Positions 27,365-36,978 of a stretch of DNA of 64,000 nt are shown one piece after another. The notes under the pieces were generated by a model, which was not told where the DNA came from, did not search any database, and was given only the letters and a program-made list of their open reading frames with translations. The DNA comes from Verrucomicrobiia bacterium (GTDB taxonomy: Bacteria; Verrucomicrobiota; Verrucomicrobiia; Limisphaerales; UBA11358): positions 18,407 through 82,406 of the forward strand of contig DASZXH010000072.1 in assembly GCA_035545995.1 (NCBI GenBank). The letters are read 5' to 3'. Position numbers and translations under genes: made by a program. Numbering within the stretch: the first letter of the stretch is position 1; each line of letters begins with the position of its first letter.

Positions 27365-28752
27365 GATTTTACCTCCGCGGTTTCCAGCGGCGCTTTCACG
27401 GCGGCAAGCAGCGATTTAAGCAGCGTCAGTTTCCATTTGAACGTCATCACAAAAATGTTCGCGGCAAACAACAAACTGCCAAGCAACAATAGCAAAATGC
27501 CCGTCGTGCTGACGCGCAGGAACGGTAGCATGGTTTCAAAATTATAGTCTTTCAATCCCTGTTCGACGCCGCCGATGGCCAGCGGCAAAACCAATAATGC
27601 AACGCCGAGCATGAACAGCCAGTGCTGGAACCGGACGAATTTTGGAAACGGCAGTTCAAAACCCATCACGCGCGGCAGCAGTTCGTAAATCGCGCCGCAA
27701 ACGACGATGACGAAGAAACCGAAAATTTGCAGTTGCGTCTGCGCCGACGTGAACCAGGTGAATTCCACGACGCGGCTGAAATGCAGGCAGCCGAGCGAAA
27801 CGAGCATCAGCGCCGAAAGCAAAAACGCGACCGTTCCGAATTTGACGTAGCAGAACGGGCCACCTTTGCATTGGACATTCGCGCCACAAGCGGTTTTGCC
27901 GAAAACAACGGCAATGGCGATGAGCGGAAGAATCGTCAGCGACGACGCGACGGCACTCGACGCAGGCAGCCATACGGGAACCGGCGCGCCTTGCGGAATG
28001 CCGAGCCACGTTCCGAATAAAATCAACGTCCAAAACGTGAACAGCGCGAAATAATCTGGCAGCGGTTTACTGGAAAATTTCGGCAGGAAATAAAACGCAA
28101 TGCCGAGGCCGACGAGCGCGAACCAGATGAAAAGTAAATTGTTCGCGAACCACCACGCAATGACGGCTTGCGCGACGCCGCGCACCGGCCATGCGACGAG
28201 AAACAAGTTTGCGGTCGAATAAATCCACGGGAACCAGAACAGCGCGGCGAGCAAAAACCAGTGCGGCGGTTGCAATTCCCGATTGCGCCGCGCGCCAAAC
28301 GTCGCGAAAGCGGAAATGGCAATGAGCAAAAATGCGGCGAACAAAAGAACCGAACCGGCGCGCGGAAATTCGAGCCATTGAAAGCCGGTGCTGTCGCCAA
28401 TCAAAATTCCGACAACGCCGATAAGCACGCCGAGATGCCAGATGTTTGCGGCGATAATTGGCACGAGCGGCAAAAACAATTCCGTCTCGCTCAAGCGCGT
28501 AAAAATCCAGAGCACGACGCCGAGCGCAGCAGGAATGCAAAAGCCATAAACAATCGCGTCGCTGGCGGCAGGTTGCAGGCGGCCGTAAGTCAACCACGCG
28601 CAGTTGCCAAATTTTTCCGGCATGTGAAATGTGAGCGAGGCAATCAACGCGAGCAGCAAACCGACGATCAGCCACAATGCCGCGCCGCCGAACAGCGCGA
28701 GCAGTGGCACGCGGCACGACGCGTCAATTTTTTGTTGGGAAATCTCGTTCAT
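27361..28752 (-). CDS. CcoN-like heme-copper-oxidase subunit I homologue lacking all canonical His ligands
   Basis: 463 aa with about 12 TM helices. Scaffold motifs match cbb3 CcoN (YGRLQP, WWFANN, YFLPK, FW..W.G). Ligand positions read A63, N204, no His at all in aa 165-323, and Q338-T-Q340. Confidence 0.75.
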   Translation of the reverse strand: MNEISQQKIDASCRVPLLALFGGAALWLIVGLLLALIASLTFHMPEKFGNCAWLTYGRLQPAASDAIVYGFCIPAALGVVLWIFTRLSETELFLPLVPIIAANIWHLGVLIGVVGILIGDSTGFQWLEFPRAGSVLLFAAFLLIAISAFATFGARRNRELQPPHWFLLAALFWFPWIYSTANLFLVAWPVRGVAQAVIAWWFANNLLFIWFALVGLGIAFYFLPKFSSKPLPDYFALFTFWTLILFGTWLGIPQGAPVPVWLPASSAVASSLTILPLIAIAVVFGKTACGANVQCKGGPFCYVKFGTVAFLLSALMLVSLGCLHFSRVVEFTWFTSAQTQLQIFGFFVIVVCGAIYELLPRVMGFELPFPKFVRFQHWLFMLGVALLVLPLAIGGVEQGLKDYNFETMLPFLRVSTTGILLLLLGSLLFAANIFVMTFKWKLTLLKSLLAAVKAPLETAEVKS

Positions 28753-29129
28753 TCAAATTGGCTCGGTTTCTCCGGCTGCTTGGGCGCGGGCGCGGCGGCT
28801 TTCTCGGCGCGCGCGTTCAAATCGGCGCGGGCTTGCGCGGGATTTTTCCATTCCTGCGCCGCGAGTTGCAACGCGGTGTCAATCGGCAACCGCACAATAC
28901 CGCGCGACTGGTCAACCCAACCGACGGTTTCAAGCGAAACGACTTCGTTGGTGTGAATTTCGTGCAACGCCTGCGAAATCGCCGTGGCGCGGTCGGCGTC
29001 AATGGCAGGAATGTTCGCGGAAAATTTCACAATCACGACCAGCACAATGAAAATCAAACTCGCGATGATGAAACCAATCACCGCGCCGGATGCGCGATTG
29101 ATTTTTATCAAATTTTGTTCGTCGCTCAT
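28749..29129 (-). CDS. Small single-TM membrane protein of the act-cco-like operon
   Basis: 126 aa. One TM helix (AVIGFIIASLIFIVLVVIV) and an Ala/Pro/Lys-rich tail. 4-nt overlaps on both sides. Confidence 0.55.
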   Translation of the reverse strand: MSDEQNLIKINRASGAVIGFIIASLIFIVLVVIVKFSANIPAIDADRATAISQALHEIHTNEVVSLETVGWVDQSRGIVRLPIDTALQLAAQEWKNPAQARADLNARAEKAAAPAPKQPEKPSQFE

Positions 29130-30367
29130 TGCGCGCCTCCTTCCGCCGGCAGCGTGTCCGGCATTTCATCCGGTTCGTGGCCGATGCCCATCGCTTCGAG
29201 CACGCGCGGGTCGCGCTGCGGATACGGCGGATGGCTGCGGAATTTTTTCAGGAACACGTGCGACAGCAACCCGGCCATAAACGCAAAAGTGCCGAAGTGC
29301 AGCCAAATCCACTTGAATGGATAGCCGTGCGGATGCAATACGGGCAAAACGTTGAATGCCAAATCCGCAAAATTCATCAGCCACGCCCACGCGCAAATCG
29401 GAATCATGATTTTGAAATTCATTTTGACGTGCGCCGGCAGCAGCAAAACAAACGGCAGAAAGAAATGCCCAAAAATCAAAACCATGCTCACCCACCACCA
29501 CGAACCGTTTTCGCGGATGAGATAAAAATACGTTTCCTCCGGCACGTTGCCGTTCCAGACGACGAAGTATTGCGCGAATTCAAAATAAGCCTGCAACAGC
29601 GTGAACGCGAAAAACAGAACACCGAGGAAATAAAATTGGTTGTCGTGCAACACGGGAGTCAGAATCCGTTGTCGTTGCAACACCGCCGTGAGGATGTAAA
29701 TGGTGGCCAGCGCAATCCAGCCGCACGAAGCGAACATATACAAGCCATACATCGTCGAAGACCATTGGTATTCGAGCGAATTCATCCACACAATCGGCGC
29801 GACGGTGACGGTGGCGGCGAAAGCCAAAATTCCCCAGCCGGAATGAAAACGCATTTTGCGCGTGCAAAGCGCATCGCCGGTCACGTCCTGCCGCAGCGAC
29901 CAGTAATTGATGCGTGCGGTCAACGCCCACCAGATACCGAAAAAGATAGCGGACGCGACACAAAACCCGCGTAACGTGAACAAGACGCCCTTGGCACTTA
30001 TCGCGCGGTCGTGTATTGGACTCAACGTCATCCACGGATAAATCTTTGAAGCTAGCAAAATCACGGGGATAAACAAAATGGCCAGCCACGGAAACAACAG
30101 CGAACCGATGTGTTCGCAAATTCTGCGTGTGGCGACCGACCAGCCGGCGTCGGTCAAATGATGGATGATTGCGAAGAACAATGCGCCGAGCGACAGCGTC
30201 AGGAAAAACAGGAATGACAACAGCCACGAGTAACTGAATTCACGCGGGCTGGCGATAAGGCCGATGATCGAGAGAATCGCGCCAATTACCATGAACACAA
30301 CGGGCAGCTTGCGCCAGCCGGACAAATCCAGCGGCGGCGGCAATTCAGTTTTGTTTTGCGAACTCAT
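29126..30367 (-). CDS. actF: Alternative complex III subunit ActF (membrane, quinone-binding subunit 2-like)
   Basis: 413 aa polytopic NrfD-related membrane protein, in the canonical position after ActE. Confidence 0.8.
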   Translation of the reverse strand: MSSQNKTELPPPLDLSGWRKLPVVFMVIGAILSIIGLIASPREFSYSWLLSFLFFLTLSLGALFFAIIHHLTDAGWSVATRRICEHIGSLLFPWLAILFIPVILLASKIYPWMTLSPIHDRAISAKGVLFTLRGFCVASAIFFGIWWALTARINYWSLRQDVTGDALCTRKMRFHSGWGILAFAATVTVAPIVWMNSLEYQWSSTMYGLYMFASCGWIALATIYILTAVLQRQRILTPVLHDNQFYFLGVLFFAFTLLQAYFEFAQYFVVWNGNVPEETYFYLIRENGSWWWVSMVLIFGHFFLPFVLLLPAHVKMNFKIMIPICAWAWLMNFADLAFNVLPVLHPHGYPFKWIWLHFGTFAFMAGLLSHVFLKKFRSHPPYPQRDPRVLEAMGIGHEPDEMPDTLPAEGGAQ

Positions 30368-30369
30368 TT

Positions 30370-31032
30370 TTATTTCAGCGCGGCTTGTTGTTGCGGCGAC
30401 AAATCATTGGTTGAGCCGAGCCAGCTCAATTGCAACGTGCGCAGATACGCGACAATCGCCCAGCGGTCTTGCGTCGGAACAATCGGGCCATACGCGCCCA
30501 TCGTGCTTTTGCCGAAAGTAATCGTGTTGAAAATCTCGCCGTCGGCCATTTCCACGATGCGTTTGTCGTGCAGATTGGCGACCGCCGGCATATCGCCGAT
30601 TTTTTTAGTGATGCCGTTGCCGTCACCCAATTTGCCGTGGCACGGCGCGCAATAAATGTCGAACCGCTCGTGGCCGCGCGCGAGCAACTGTAGATTCACC
30701 GGCAGCGGATTGGTTTCAATGAAATTGGTCGTGCCGGTGGTTTTGCCGGCATTGACTGGTGAATCTTCAAACTCGTACACCGCGCCGTTCACGGATTGAA
30801 TCGGCTCGCTGCGCGCGATGGTTCCGGGCGGCGGCAATTGCGAACTAATTTCGTTGGGCATGAAATCGAACGGTTTTTGCGGACGCAATTTCAACTGGCG
30901 GTCCATATCCGGGAAAACTTCAATCGGCGGTTTGCGCGATAATTCGCCGCGAAAACCGGCAATGCCGACAATGGCCGCGCCGAGCGCCGTGCCGACGAGA
31001 CCGAGCGAAATGAGATAACCGAGGTAGCGCAT
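30370..31032 (-). CDS. actE: Alternative complex III subunit ActE (monoheme cytochrome c)
   Basis: 220 aa. N-terminal anchor and a single CAPCHG motif. Confidence 0.8.
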   Translation of the reverse strand: MRYLGYLISLGLVGTALGAAIVGIAGFRGELSRKPPIEVFPDMDRQLKLRPQKPFDFMPNEISSQLPPPGTIARSEPIQSVNGAVYEFEDSPVNAGKTTGTTNFIETNPLPVNLQLLARGHERFDIYCAPCHGKLGDGNGITKKIGDMPAVANLHDKRIVEMADGEIFNTITFGKSTMGAYGPIVPTQDRWAIVAYLRTLQLSWLGSTNDLSPQQQAALK

Positions 31033-31571
31033 CAGTCGTTGTCCTCCACGAGTTCGATGTGCGCGCCGCCGATGGCTTCCAGCAGTTTGCGGGTTTCGGT
31101 TTCAGAAAATTTCGGGTCTAACGCGCCGATGACGAGGAAAAATTTGTCGCGCGAAACGAGTTCAAACCGTTTCTTGCCGAACAGAGGATGGTGATGGCGC
31201 GGCAATTGGTTCAACGCAATCATCCCGATGAACGCGCCGAGCGCGGCGGCCAGCACGAGCAAAATGTAAGCGGGCACGACCGACATCGGCACACTGAACA
31301 TCGGTTTGCCGCCGATGAGAATCGGATAATCAAACGCATTGCAATACCAGATCAATCCCATTGTGCCGATGAATGCGCCCGCGCCAAACAGCAACGAAAA
31401 CGCCCCGACCTTGGAATTTTTGAAACCCATCACTTTGTCCAAACCGTGAATCGGGAACGGCGAAAAAACGTCCCAGCGATGATAGCCGGCGTCGCGCACT
31501 TTTTCCGCCGCGCTCAAGATGGAAGCCGCTGAATCGAATTCAGCCATTATACCGTAAGTTTTTGCGCTCAC
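31032..31571 (-). CDS. actD: Alternative complex III subunit ActD (DUF3341)
   Basis: GTG at 31571 overlaps the ActC stop (GTGA). The product starts VSAKTYGIMAEFDSAASILSAAEKVRDAGY, which is typical of ActD. The longer tracked ORF extension lies inside actC. Confidence 0.75.
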   Translation of the reverse strand: MSAKTYGIMAEFDSAASILSAAEKVRDAGYHRWDVFSPFPIHGLDKVMGFKNSKVGAFSLLFGAGAFIGTMGLIWYCNAFDYPILIGGKPMFSVPMSVVPAYILLVLAAALGAFIGMIALNQLPRHHHPLFGKKRFELVSRDKFFLVIGALDPKFSETETRKLLEAIGGAHIELVEDND

Positions 31572-32980
31572 GATTTGCCTCCTTTCACAACCGGATGCGG
31601 ATTGGCTTGCGGCGTGACGGCTTTGACTTCCGAAACCGGAATCATCGGCAGGAAACGCACGAACAACAAATACAGCATGAAAAACGCGCCGAGCGTGCCG
31701 AGATAAACCCCCGCGTCCACCCAAGTCGGATAATACACGCCCCAGTTAGCCGGCAGAAAATCCTGATAGAGCGAGCCGACGATGATGACAAATCGTTCAA
31801 ACCACATGCCGATGTTCAGCAACAAGGCGATGATGAAAACCACCAAGAGATTTTGCCGGACTTTCTTGATCCAAAGCAATTGCGGCAGCGAAGCGTTGAT
31901 GACAATCATAATCCAGCCGCCATACCAGTATTGATGGCCGAACATGCGATGGCCGAACACCCAAGCGTCGTAAGGATTGCCGGAATACCACGCGATAAAA
32001 AATTCAATCACATAAATGTAGCCCATGATGCAGGCCATCATCAGCGTCATTTTGCAAATCTTGTCAATGTGCGCCAGCGTGATGATGTCTTCGAGATGAC
32101 ACCATTTGCGCAATGGAATCAACAACACCAGCACCATGCCGAATCCGCAGCACACCGCGCCGGCGACAAAGTAAAACGGGAAAATCGTTTCGTGCCAACC
32201 GGCGATTTGCGCCGTGGCAAAGTCCATGCCGACGATGGAACTCACGGTGAACACCAGCAACGTCGCCAAACCGGCCAGCACGAGATACGCTTTCTCGTAA
32301 TTATGCCATTGGCGCGCCGAGCCGGTCCAGCCGAGCGCGAACAGGCCGTAAAGGAATTTTTTCACGCGCGTTTTCGAGCGGTCGCGCATCAACGCCAAAT
32401 CGGGAATTAAGCCCATATACCAAAATGTTGTCGAAACGATGAGGTAAGTGTTGACGGCAAAAACGTCCCACATCAGCGGCGAACGGAATTGCGGCCACAA
32501 GCCGTTTGAGGTCGGCACCGGAAACATAAACCAGTCGAACCACTCGCGCCCGACGTGAATGGCCGGATACATTCCTGCCATCGCGACCGAGAAAACGGTC
32601 ATCGCTTCCGCCGCGCGGCCAATCGGATTACGCCAATGCTGCCGTGTCAAAAACAACATCGCGGAAATCAACGTGCCCGCGTGCGCGACGCCGACCCACC
32701 AGACGAAATTGATGATGTCCCAACCCCACATGACCGGCGCGTTATTGCCCCAAACGCCGACGCCGACCGAAATTTTGTAAATCAGCGAAACCGGCAGGAC
32801 GACCGCCGCGCCAAACGCCGCCGGGAAAAAGAGAATCCACCACCATAGCGGCGTCTTGCCTTCGTTGAACGCCGTGAGTTTATCCGTGAGCCAGCCGAGA
32901 CTGCGATTGGGCACGGCTTCCATGCGCCGCAATTCCGCCAGCGGCGTGAGCGATTCCAGATTGGTTGTGGATTCAGCCAT
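31568..32980 (-). CDS. actC: Alternative complex III subunit ActC (NrfD/PsrC-like quinol-binding membrane subunit)
   Basis: 470 aa with about 10 TM helices and NrfD-family conservation. TAATG junction with actB. Confidence 0.85.
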   Translation of the reverse strand: MAESTTNLESLTPLAELRRMEAVPNRSLGWLTDKLTAFNEGKTPLWWWILFFPAAFGAAVVLPVSLIYKISVGVGVWGNNAPVMWGWDIINFVWWVGVAHAGTLISAMLFLTRQHWRNPIGRAAEAMTVFSVAMAGMYPAIHVGREWFDWFMFPVPTSNGLWPQFRSPLMWDVFAVNTYLIVSTTFWYMGLIPDLALMRDRSKTRVKKFLYGLFALGWTGSARQWHNYEKAYLVLAGLATLLVFTVSSIVGMDFATAQIAGWHETIFPFYFVAGAVCCGFGMVLVLLIPLRKWCHLEDIITLAHIDKICKMTLMMACIMGYIYVIEFFIAWYSGNPYDAWVFGHRMFGHQYWYGGWIMIVINASLPQLLWIKKVRQNLLVVFIIALLLNIGMWFERFVIIVGSLYQDFLPANWGVYYPTWVDAGVYLGTLGAFFMLYLLFVRFLPMIPVSEVKAVTPQANPHPVVKGGKS

Positions 32981-35900
32981 TAACTGTTTCCTCTCTCGGC
33001 GGCATGAAATTCTCCGCCGCGTTCTTCATATTCTTCCGTGCTGTAAGGCGCGTGATAATCCGGCATCGCAGGATTTGGATTGCGAACGCGCGCTAAATAC
33101 GTCGTGCGCGGTTTCGTCAGCAATTCGCCGAGCACGGAATAATTTCTTGAACTGCGCTTCCAATCGGAAACCGAACTGTCCGGGTCACTGATGTCGCCAA
33201 ACACAATCGCGCCCGCCGGACATGCCTGCTGGCACGCTGTTTTGGGAATCGTGCCTTCGGATTCCTTCAAGCGAATGTCGCCGCTTGCGCCCGCTTTGAC
33301 TTTTTGCGTGATTTCCGCCTGCTGAATGCGTTGGACGCAATAAGTGCATTTTTCCATGACGCCGCGCATCCGCACCGTCACGTCCGGGTTCTTGACCATC
33401 TTGATCAAATCCCATTCGTCTTCCTCGCGCATTCCGCTCGCTTCCGGTGCTTTGAACCAGCTCAACAAATCCCATTTGCCGTCCGTCTTGTTCAAAAGCG
33501 GCGTCGGATAAAACGGTCCTTTCAGCGCGCTGGCGGGGCGTTTGTTATAATCGAAATAATTGAACCGGCGAACTTTGTAAGGACAATTGTTCGAGCAATA
33601 ACGCGTGCCGATGCAACGATTGTAGGTCATCACATTGAGACCTTCCTCGTCGTGCGACGTGGCGTTGACCGGACAAACGTTTTCGCACGGCGCGGCTTCG
33701 CACATCTGGCAAAGCATCGGCTGGCTCACCGCCTGCACGTCGTCAATCCATTTCGCGAACTGCTGTTCCGCGTCGGTCTGGTTCATGTCCGCGTTCGGGT
33801 CAAACAAGCTGCGGTTGTTTTGCCGTTTCGGATCGCTCGTGTAATAACGGTCAATCCGCATCCAGTGCATTTCGCGACCGCGACTGACCTGATCTTTGCC
33901 GACAATCGGAATGTTATTTTCGCTCTGGCACGCGACGACGCACGTCGCGCAACCCACGCACGAATTCAAATCCACGACCAAACCCCATTGATGCAGCGCG
34001 GTTTTCTTTGCTTCGTCAAACGGATTTGGATAAAGCGATTTGACGACCGGCGGTTCTTTGTCGTGCATTTCCTGCGCAAAATCAGGATTCTTGGAAAATT
34101 CCTCGAGATTTGCTTCGCGCACGGCGGGACGACCTTCCATGCTCCAATGCGATTGCGTCGTCGCAATCACATAAGTCTCGCCGGTCTTTTTAATTGTCGC
34201 GCCGGTCTCGACGTATTTGCCGGAGAAAATTTTGTAAGCGTTGAAACCGACGCCCGTGCCGACACGCCCGGCTTTTTCGCGACCGTAACCGAGCGCGAGT
34301 CCGAGCGAATAATCCGCCATGCCCGGTTGCGTCCAAATTGGACCTTTCACGCTCTTGCCGTTCAACGAAATCTCGACAATGTCGCCGTTTTGCACGCCGA
34401 GTTCGCGCGCGGTTTTGCGGCTGATGAGAACGGCGTTGTCCCAGGTGATTTTTGTGATCGGGTCGGGCAATTCCTGCATCCAGCCGTTGTTCGCGTAACG
34501 ACCATCGTCCACTTTTGCGTCGCGGTAGAAAATGACTTCGAGATTTTGCGTGGATGGCGCAGTAATTGATTTTATTTGCGGCAATGTTCCGTTAAATAAT
34601 GAATTTACCGCCATTGATCTGGTTTCAATCTCAAGCTGAAAACCGTTGAACAAAAATCTTTTCCAATCTCCCGTATTGCCAAATGTTGTCTGAACAATGT
34701 CGTGAGGATTCGTTTGCGACTCGCCGGCAATTCGTGCCAGAAATTCCAATTCGGTTAAACCACCGAACAAAGGTTGAATCAACGGCTGAATTGGAACGAG
34801 TGTTCCGTCGCTCGTTATAGCATCGCCCCATGATTCGAGGTAATGCGCCGCCGGAAAATTCCAATTCGCTTTTTCGCTGGTTTCGTCCTCGTAATAACCC
34901 AAGCGAACAATTGTTTTGGCGTTCGGCAACGAGTTCAAGTTGTAAGCGGGATTGCCGCCAAGAATTACCAAAGTGTCTGTGGCACTCGCGTCAAAAATTT
35001 TGAAATCGGCAGATTCGTTTTGAGTCGTTTTGCGAAGCTCAACCGTATTTTCGAGCGCGCCGAGCACGGAATTGATGGCGTAAGCGAGCAAATGAACTTC
35101 AATCGGTTGACGCTGGCCAGCGACCACCAAAGCATTTTTGCCAGCCGCAACCAAATCTTTCGCGCATTCAGAAATCCATTTTGCGTCAATGTCAGCAGGT
35201 AATTTTGCAAGTTGAACTAAATGATCAGGTGGTTCAGGCACGATTTTTTGTGCAAATGCGCTCACAATTTGTCCGATCAAACTTGCCGATACACGCAACC
35301 GATGGTCGGCATGCGCGCCGGTGAGCGTGAACAATGATTCAATGCAGTAAAGCCGACTCATCCCCTCACCGGTTTTGCGACTCGCGGCAAATTTGCGGAT
35401 GTGATTGTGCGTGTCGTCCTCGCCGCCGAGAAAATCGCAGTCGAGCGACAGGATGACTTTTGCTTTGTCAAAATTGAAAACGGGTTTTACTGACTGGCCG
35501 AACGCCTGCGTCGCCGCGCGTTGATGGATGCCGGAATCAATCGCGTCGTAAGTGAACCATTTCGATTGTGGAAATTTCTGCGCGATGATTTTTTGCAGCC
35601 GCGCGCGCGAGGGCGACGTGCTGCTTTCCGCCAAAAACGCCAAACCTTCGCCTTGATTCGCCGAAAATTTTTGCGACAAATCGTCGAGGAATTTCAACGC
35701 TTCATCGCGTGAAACCGTTTTGCCATCTTTCGTAAATCGCTTGGCGCGGTCTGGATCGTAAAGATTCAGAATCGAAGCCTGCGCGTAACGGTCGGTGCCG
35801 CCGTTGCTGCCGGGAAATTGCGCGTTGCCTTCGATTTTTATCGGACGGCCTTCGTAAGATTTGACGACGAGCGGAATTGCGCCGGTGCGCGTGGGCATCG

Positions 35901-36198
35901 CTGTCGCATAATACTCGGCTTTGCCGTAAATGTAATCTTCCGGTTGTTTGCCGAACGGTTCGAGTTTTTCTTCCGGACGCCGGCAACCTGCGCCGAGCGT
36001 CGCCACGCCGGCAAAGGCAAACGACGCGGCCATGATTTTAAGAAAATGCCGGCGGTTCTGTCCGTCCAATTCGCTCGCGCCCTGCGGAAATTCGCGATGC
36101 AACCATTCCTTGAACTCCGGTGTGTCGGCCAGTTCATCCAAACTGCGCCAATAACGGCGGCCATTTGCGTTTGTCGGAGTTGTGGGAGTTGAATTCAT
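32980..36198 (-). CDS. actB: Alternative complex III subunit ActB (fused molybdopterin-oxidoreductase-like and 4Fe-4S ferredoxin domains)
   Basis: 1072 aa. Tat-like signal RRHFLKIMAASFAFAGVA, a large MopB-like domain, and C-terminal Cys clusters (CVGCATCVVAC, CQMCEAAPCENVCP, CIGTRYCSNNCP). Confidence 0.9.
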   Translation of the reverse strand: MNSTPTTPTNANGRRYWRSLDELADTPEFKEWLHREFPQGASELDGQNRRHFLKIMAASFAFAGVATLGAGCRRPEEKLEPFGKQPEDYIYGKAEYYATAMPTRTGAIPLVVKSYEGRPIKIEGNAQFPGSNGGTDRYAQASILNLYDPDRAKRFTKDGKTVSRDEALKFLDDLSQKFSANQGEGLAFLAESSTSPSRARLQKIIAQKFPQSKWFTYDAIDSGIHQRAATQAFGQSVKPVFNFDKAKVILSLDCDFLGGEDDTHNHIRKFAASRKTGEGMSRLYCIESLFTLTGAHADHRLRVSASLIGQIVSAFAQKIVPEPPDHLVQLAKLPADIDAKWISECAKDLVAAGKNALVVAGQRQPIEVHLLAYAINSVLGALENTVELRKTTQNESADFKIFDASATDTLVILGGNPAYNLNSLPNAKTIVRLGYYEDETSEKANWNFPAAHYLESWGDAITSDGTLVPIQPLIQPLFGGLTELEFLARIAGESQTNPHDIVQTTFGNTGDWKRFLFNGFQLEIETRSMAVNSLFNGTLPQIKSITAPSTQNLEVIFYRDAKVDDGRYANNGWMQELPDPITKITWDNAVLISRKTARELGVQNGDIVEISLNGKSVKGPIWTQPGMADYSLGLALGYGREKAGRVGTGVGFNAYKIFSGKYVETGATIKKTGETYVIATTQSHWSMEGRPAVREANLEEFSKNPDFAQEMHDKEPPVVKSLYPNPFDEAKKTALHQWGLVVDLNSCVGCATCVVACQSENNIPIVGKDQVSRGREMHWMRIDRYYTSDPKRQNNRSLFDPNADMNQTDAEQQFAKWIDDVQAVSQPMLCQMCEAAPCENVCPVNATSHDEEGLNVMTYNRCIGTRYCSNNCPYKVRRFNYFDYNKRPASALKGPFYPTPLLNKTDGKWDLLSWFKAPEASGMREEDEWDLIKMVKNPDVTVRMRGVMEKCTYCVQRIQQAEITQKVKAGASGDIRLKESEGTIPKTACQQACPAGAIVFGDISDPDSSVSDWKRSSRNYSVLGELLTKPRTTYLARVRNPNPAMPDYHAPYSTEEYEERGGEFHAAERGNS

Positions 36199-36863
36199 TA
36201 TCTGTGACAGGCCGAACAGCTTTGCAACGATTGCACTTTCCAGTCATGAACGAATTTCGCGCCGTTGACTTCCTGCATGTGCGCGGCTTTGACGGGGTCG
36301 GAATCCCATTTCCAGCCCAAATCCGTGACTTTATCCGTCGGGCGGATGTGCGCCGCCGGGTCGCGATGGCAATCCAGACAGAAACTCATGCTGAACGGTT
36401 TGGCATGATGCACTTCATCCATTTGGTCAACGCGACCGTGACATTCCACGCAACTGATGCCGCGCGCGACGTGAACGGCATGATTGAAATAAACGTAATC
36501 GGGCGTGATGTGAACCTGCACCCACGGAATCGGCGTGTTGTTCGTGGCGCTTTCACGAACGATGGCCAAACGCGGGTCGTCCTTCAAAACCTGACTGTGA
36601 CAATTCATGCACGTTGAAGCCGACGGAATGTTCGCCACCCAAGTCTTGTCCACCATGCTGTGACAATAACGGCAGTCAATCCCCAGTTCGCCGGCGTGAA
36701 CCTTGTGGGAAAACGGAACCGGCTGCACTGGCTCGTAACCGACGCGCGTGTATTTGGGCGTGAAGTAATACCACACGCCCGCCGTCACCGCGCCGCCGGT
36801 CAGCATCGCGCCGACCAGCAACACCAACGGCAACCAGTTTGTCCACTTCGGAAAAATTGACAT
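36198..36863 (-). CDS. actA: Alternative complex III subunit ActA (pentaheme cytochrome c)
   Basis: 221 aa. N-terminal TM helix and five CxxCH motifs (CRYCH, CMNCH, CVECH, CLDCH, CSACH). Confidence 0.9.
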   Translation of the reverse strand: MSIFPKWTNWLPLVLLVGAMLTGGAVTAGVWYYFTPKYTRVGYEPVQPVPFSHKVHAGELGIDCRYCHSMVDKTWVANIPSASTCMNCHSQVLKDDPRLAIVRESATNNTPIPWVQVHITPDYVYFNHAVHVARGISCVECHGRVDQMDEVHHAKPFSMSFCLDCHRDPAAHIRPTDKVTDLGWKWDSDPVKAAHMQEVNGAKFVHDWKVQSLQSCSACHR

Positions 36864-36978
36864 TGCGAACGCCGCCGCGCGGCGAATCCTTCAATTAAAA
36901 ATCCCGACACAGTTTGAATTTAGAATCCGTGTCGGGGCAGATACTAAATAAATTGCCATCCAGCTCGCAAGAAAAGTT

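Noticed and set aside
31572-31724. N-terminal 51-codon extension of the tracked ActD ORF
   Set aside because: The extension lies inside actC in another frame and is Arg/Ser/Gly-rich. A GTG that overlaps the actC stop gives a typical ActD N-terminus.
33304-34569. 421-aa plus-strand ORF inside actB, with similar antisense ORFs at 29129-29974, 31562-32410, 28168-28956 and 28677-29324
   Set aside because: All are antisense or alternative frames of the act/cco-like genes. They have Arg-rich, repeat-like sequences and no start context.
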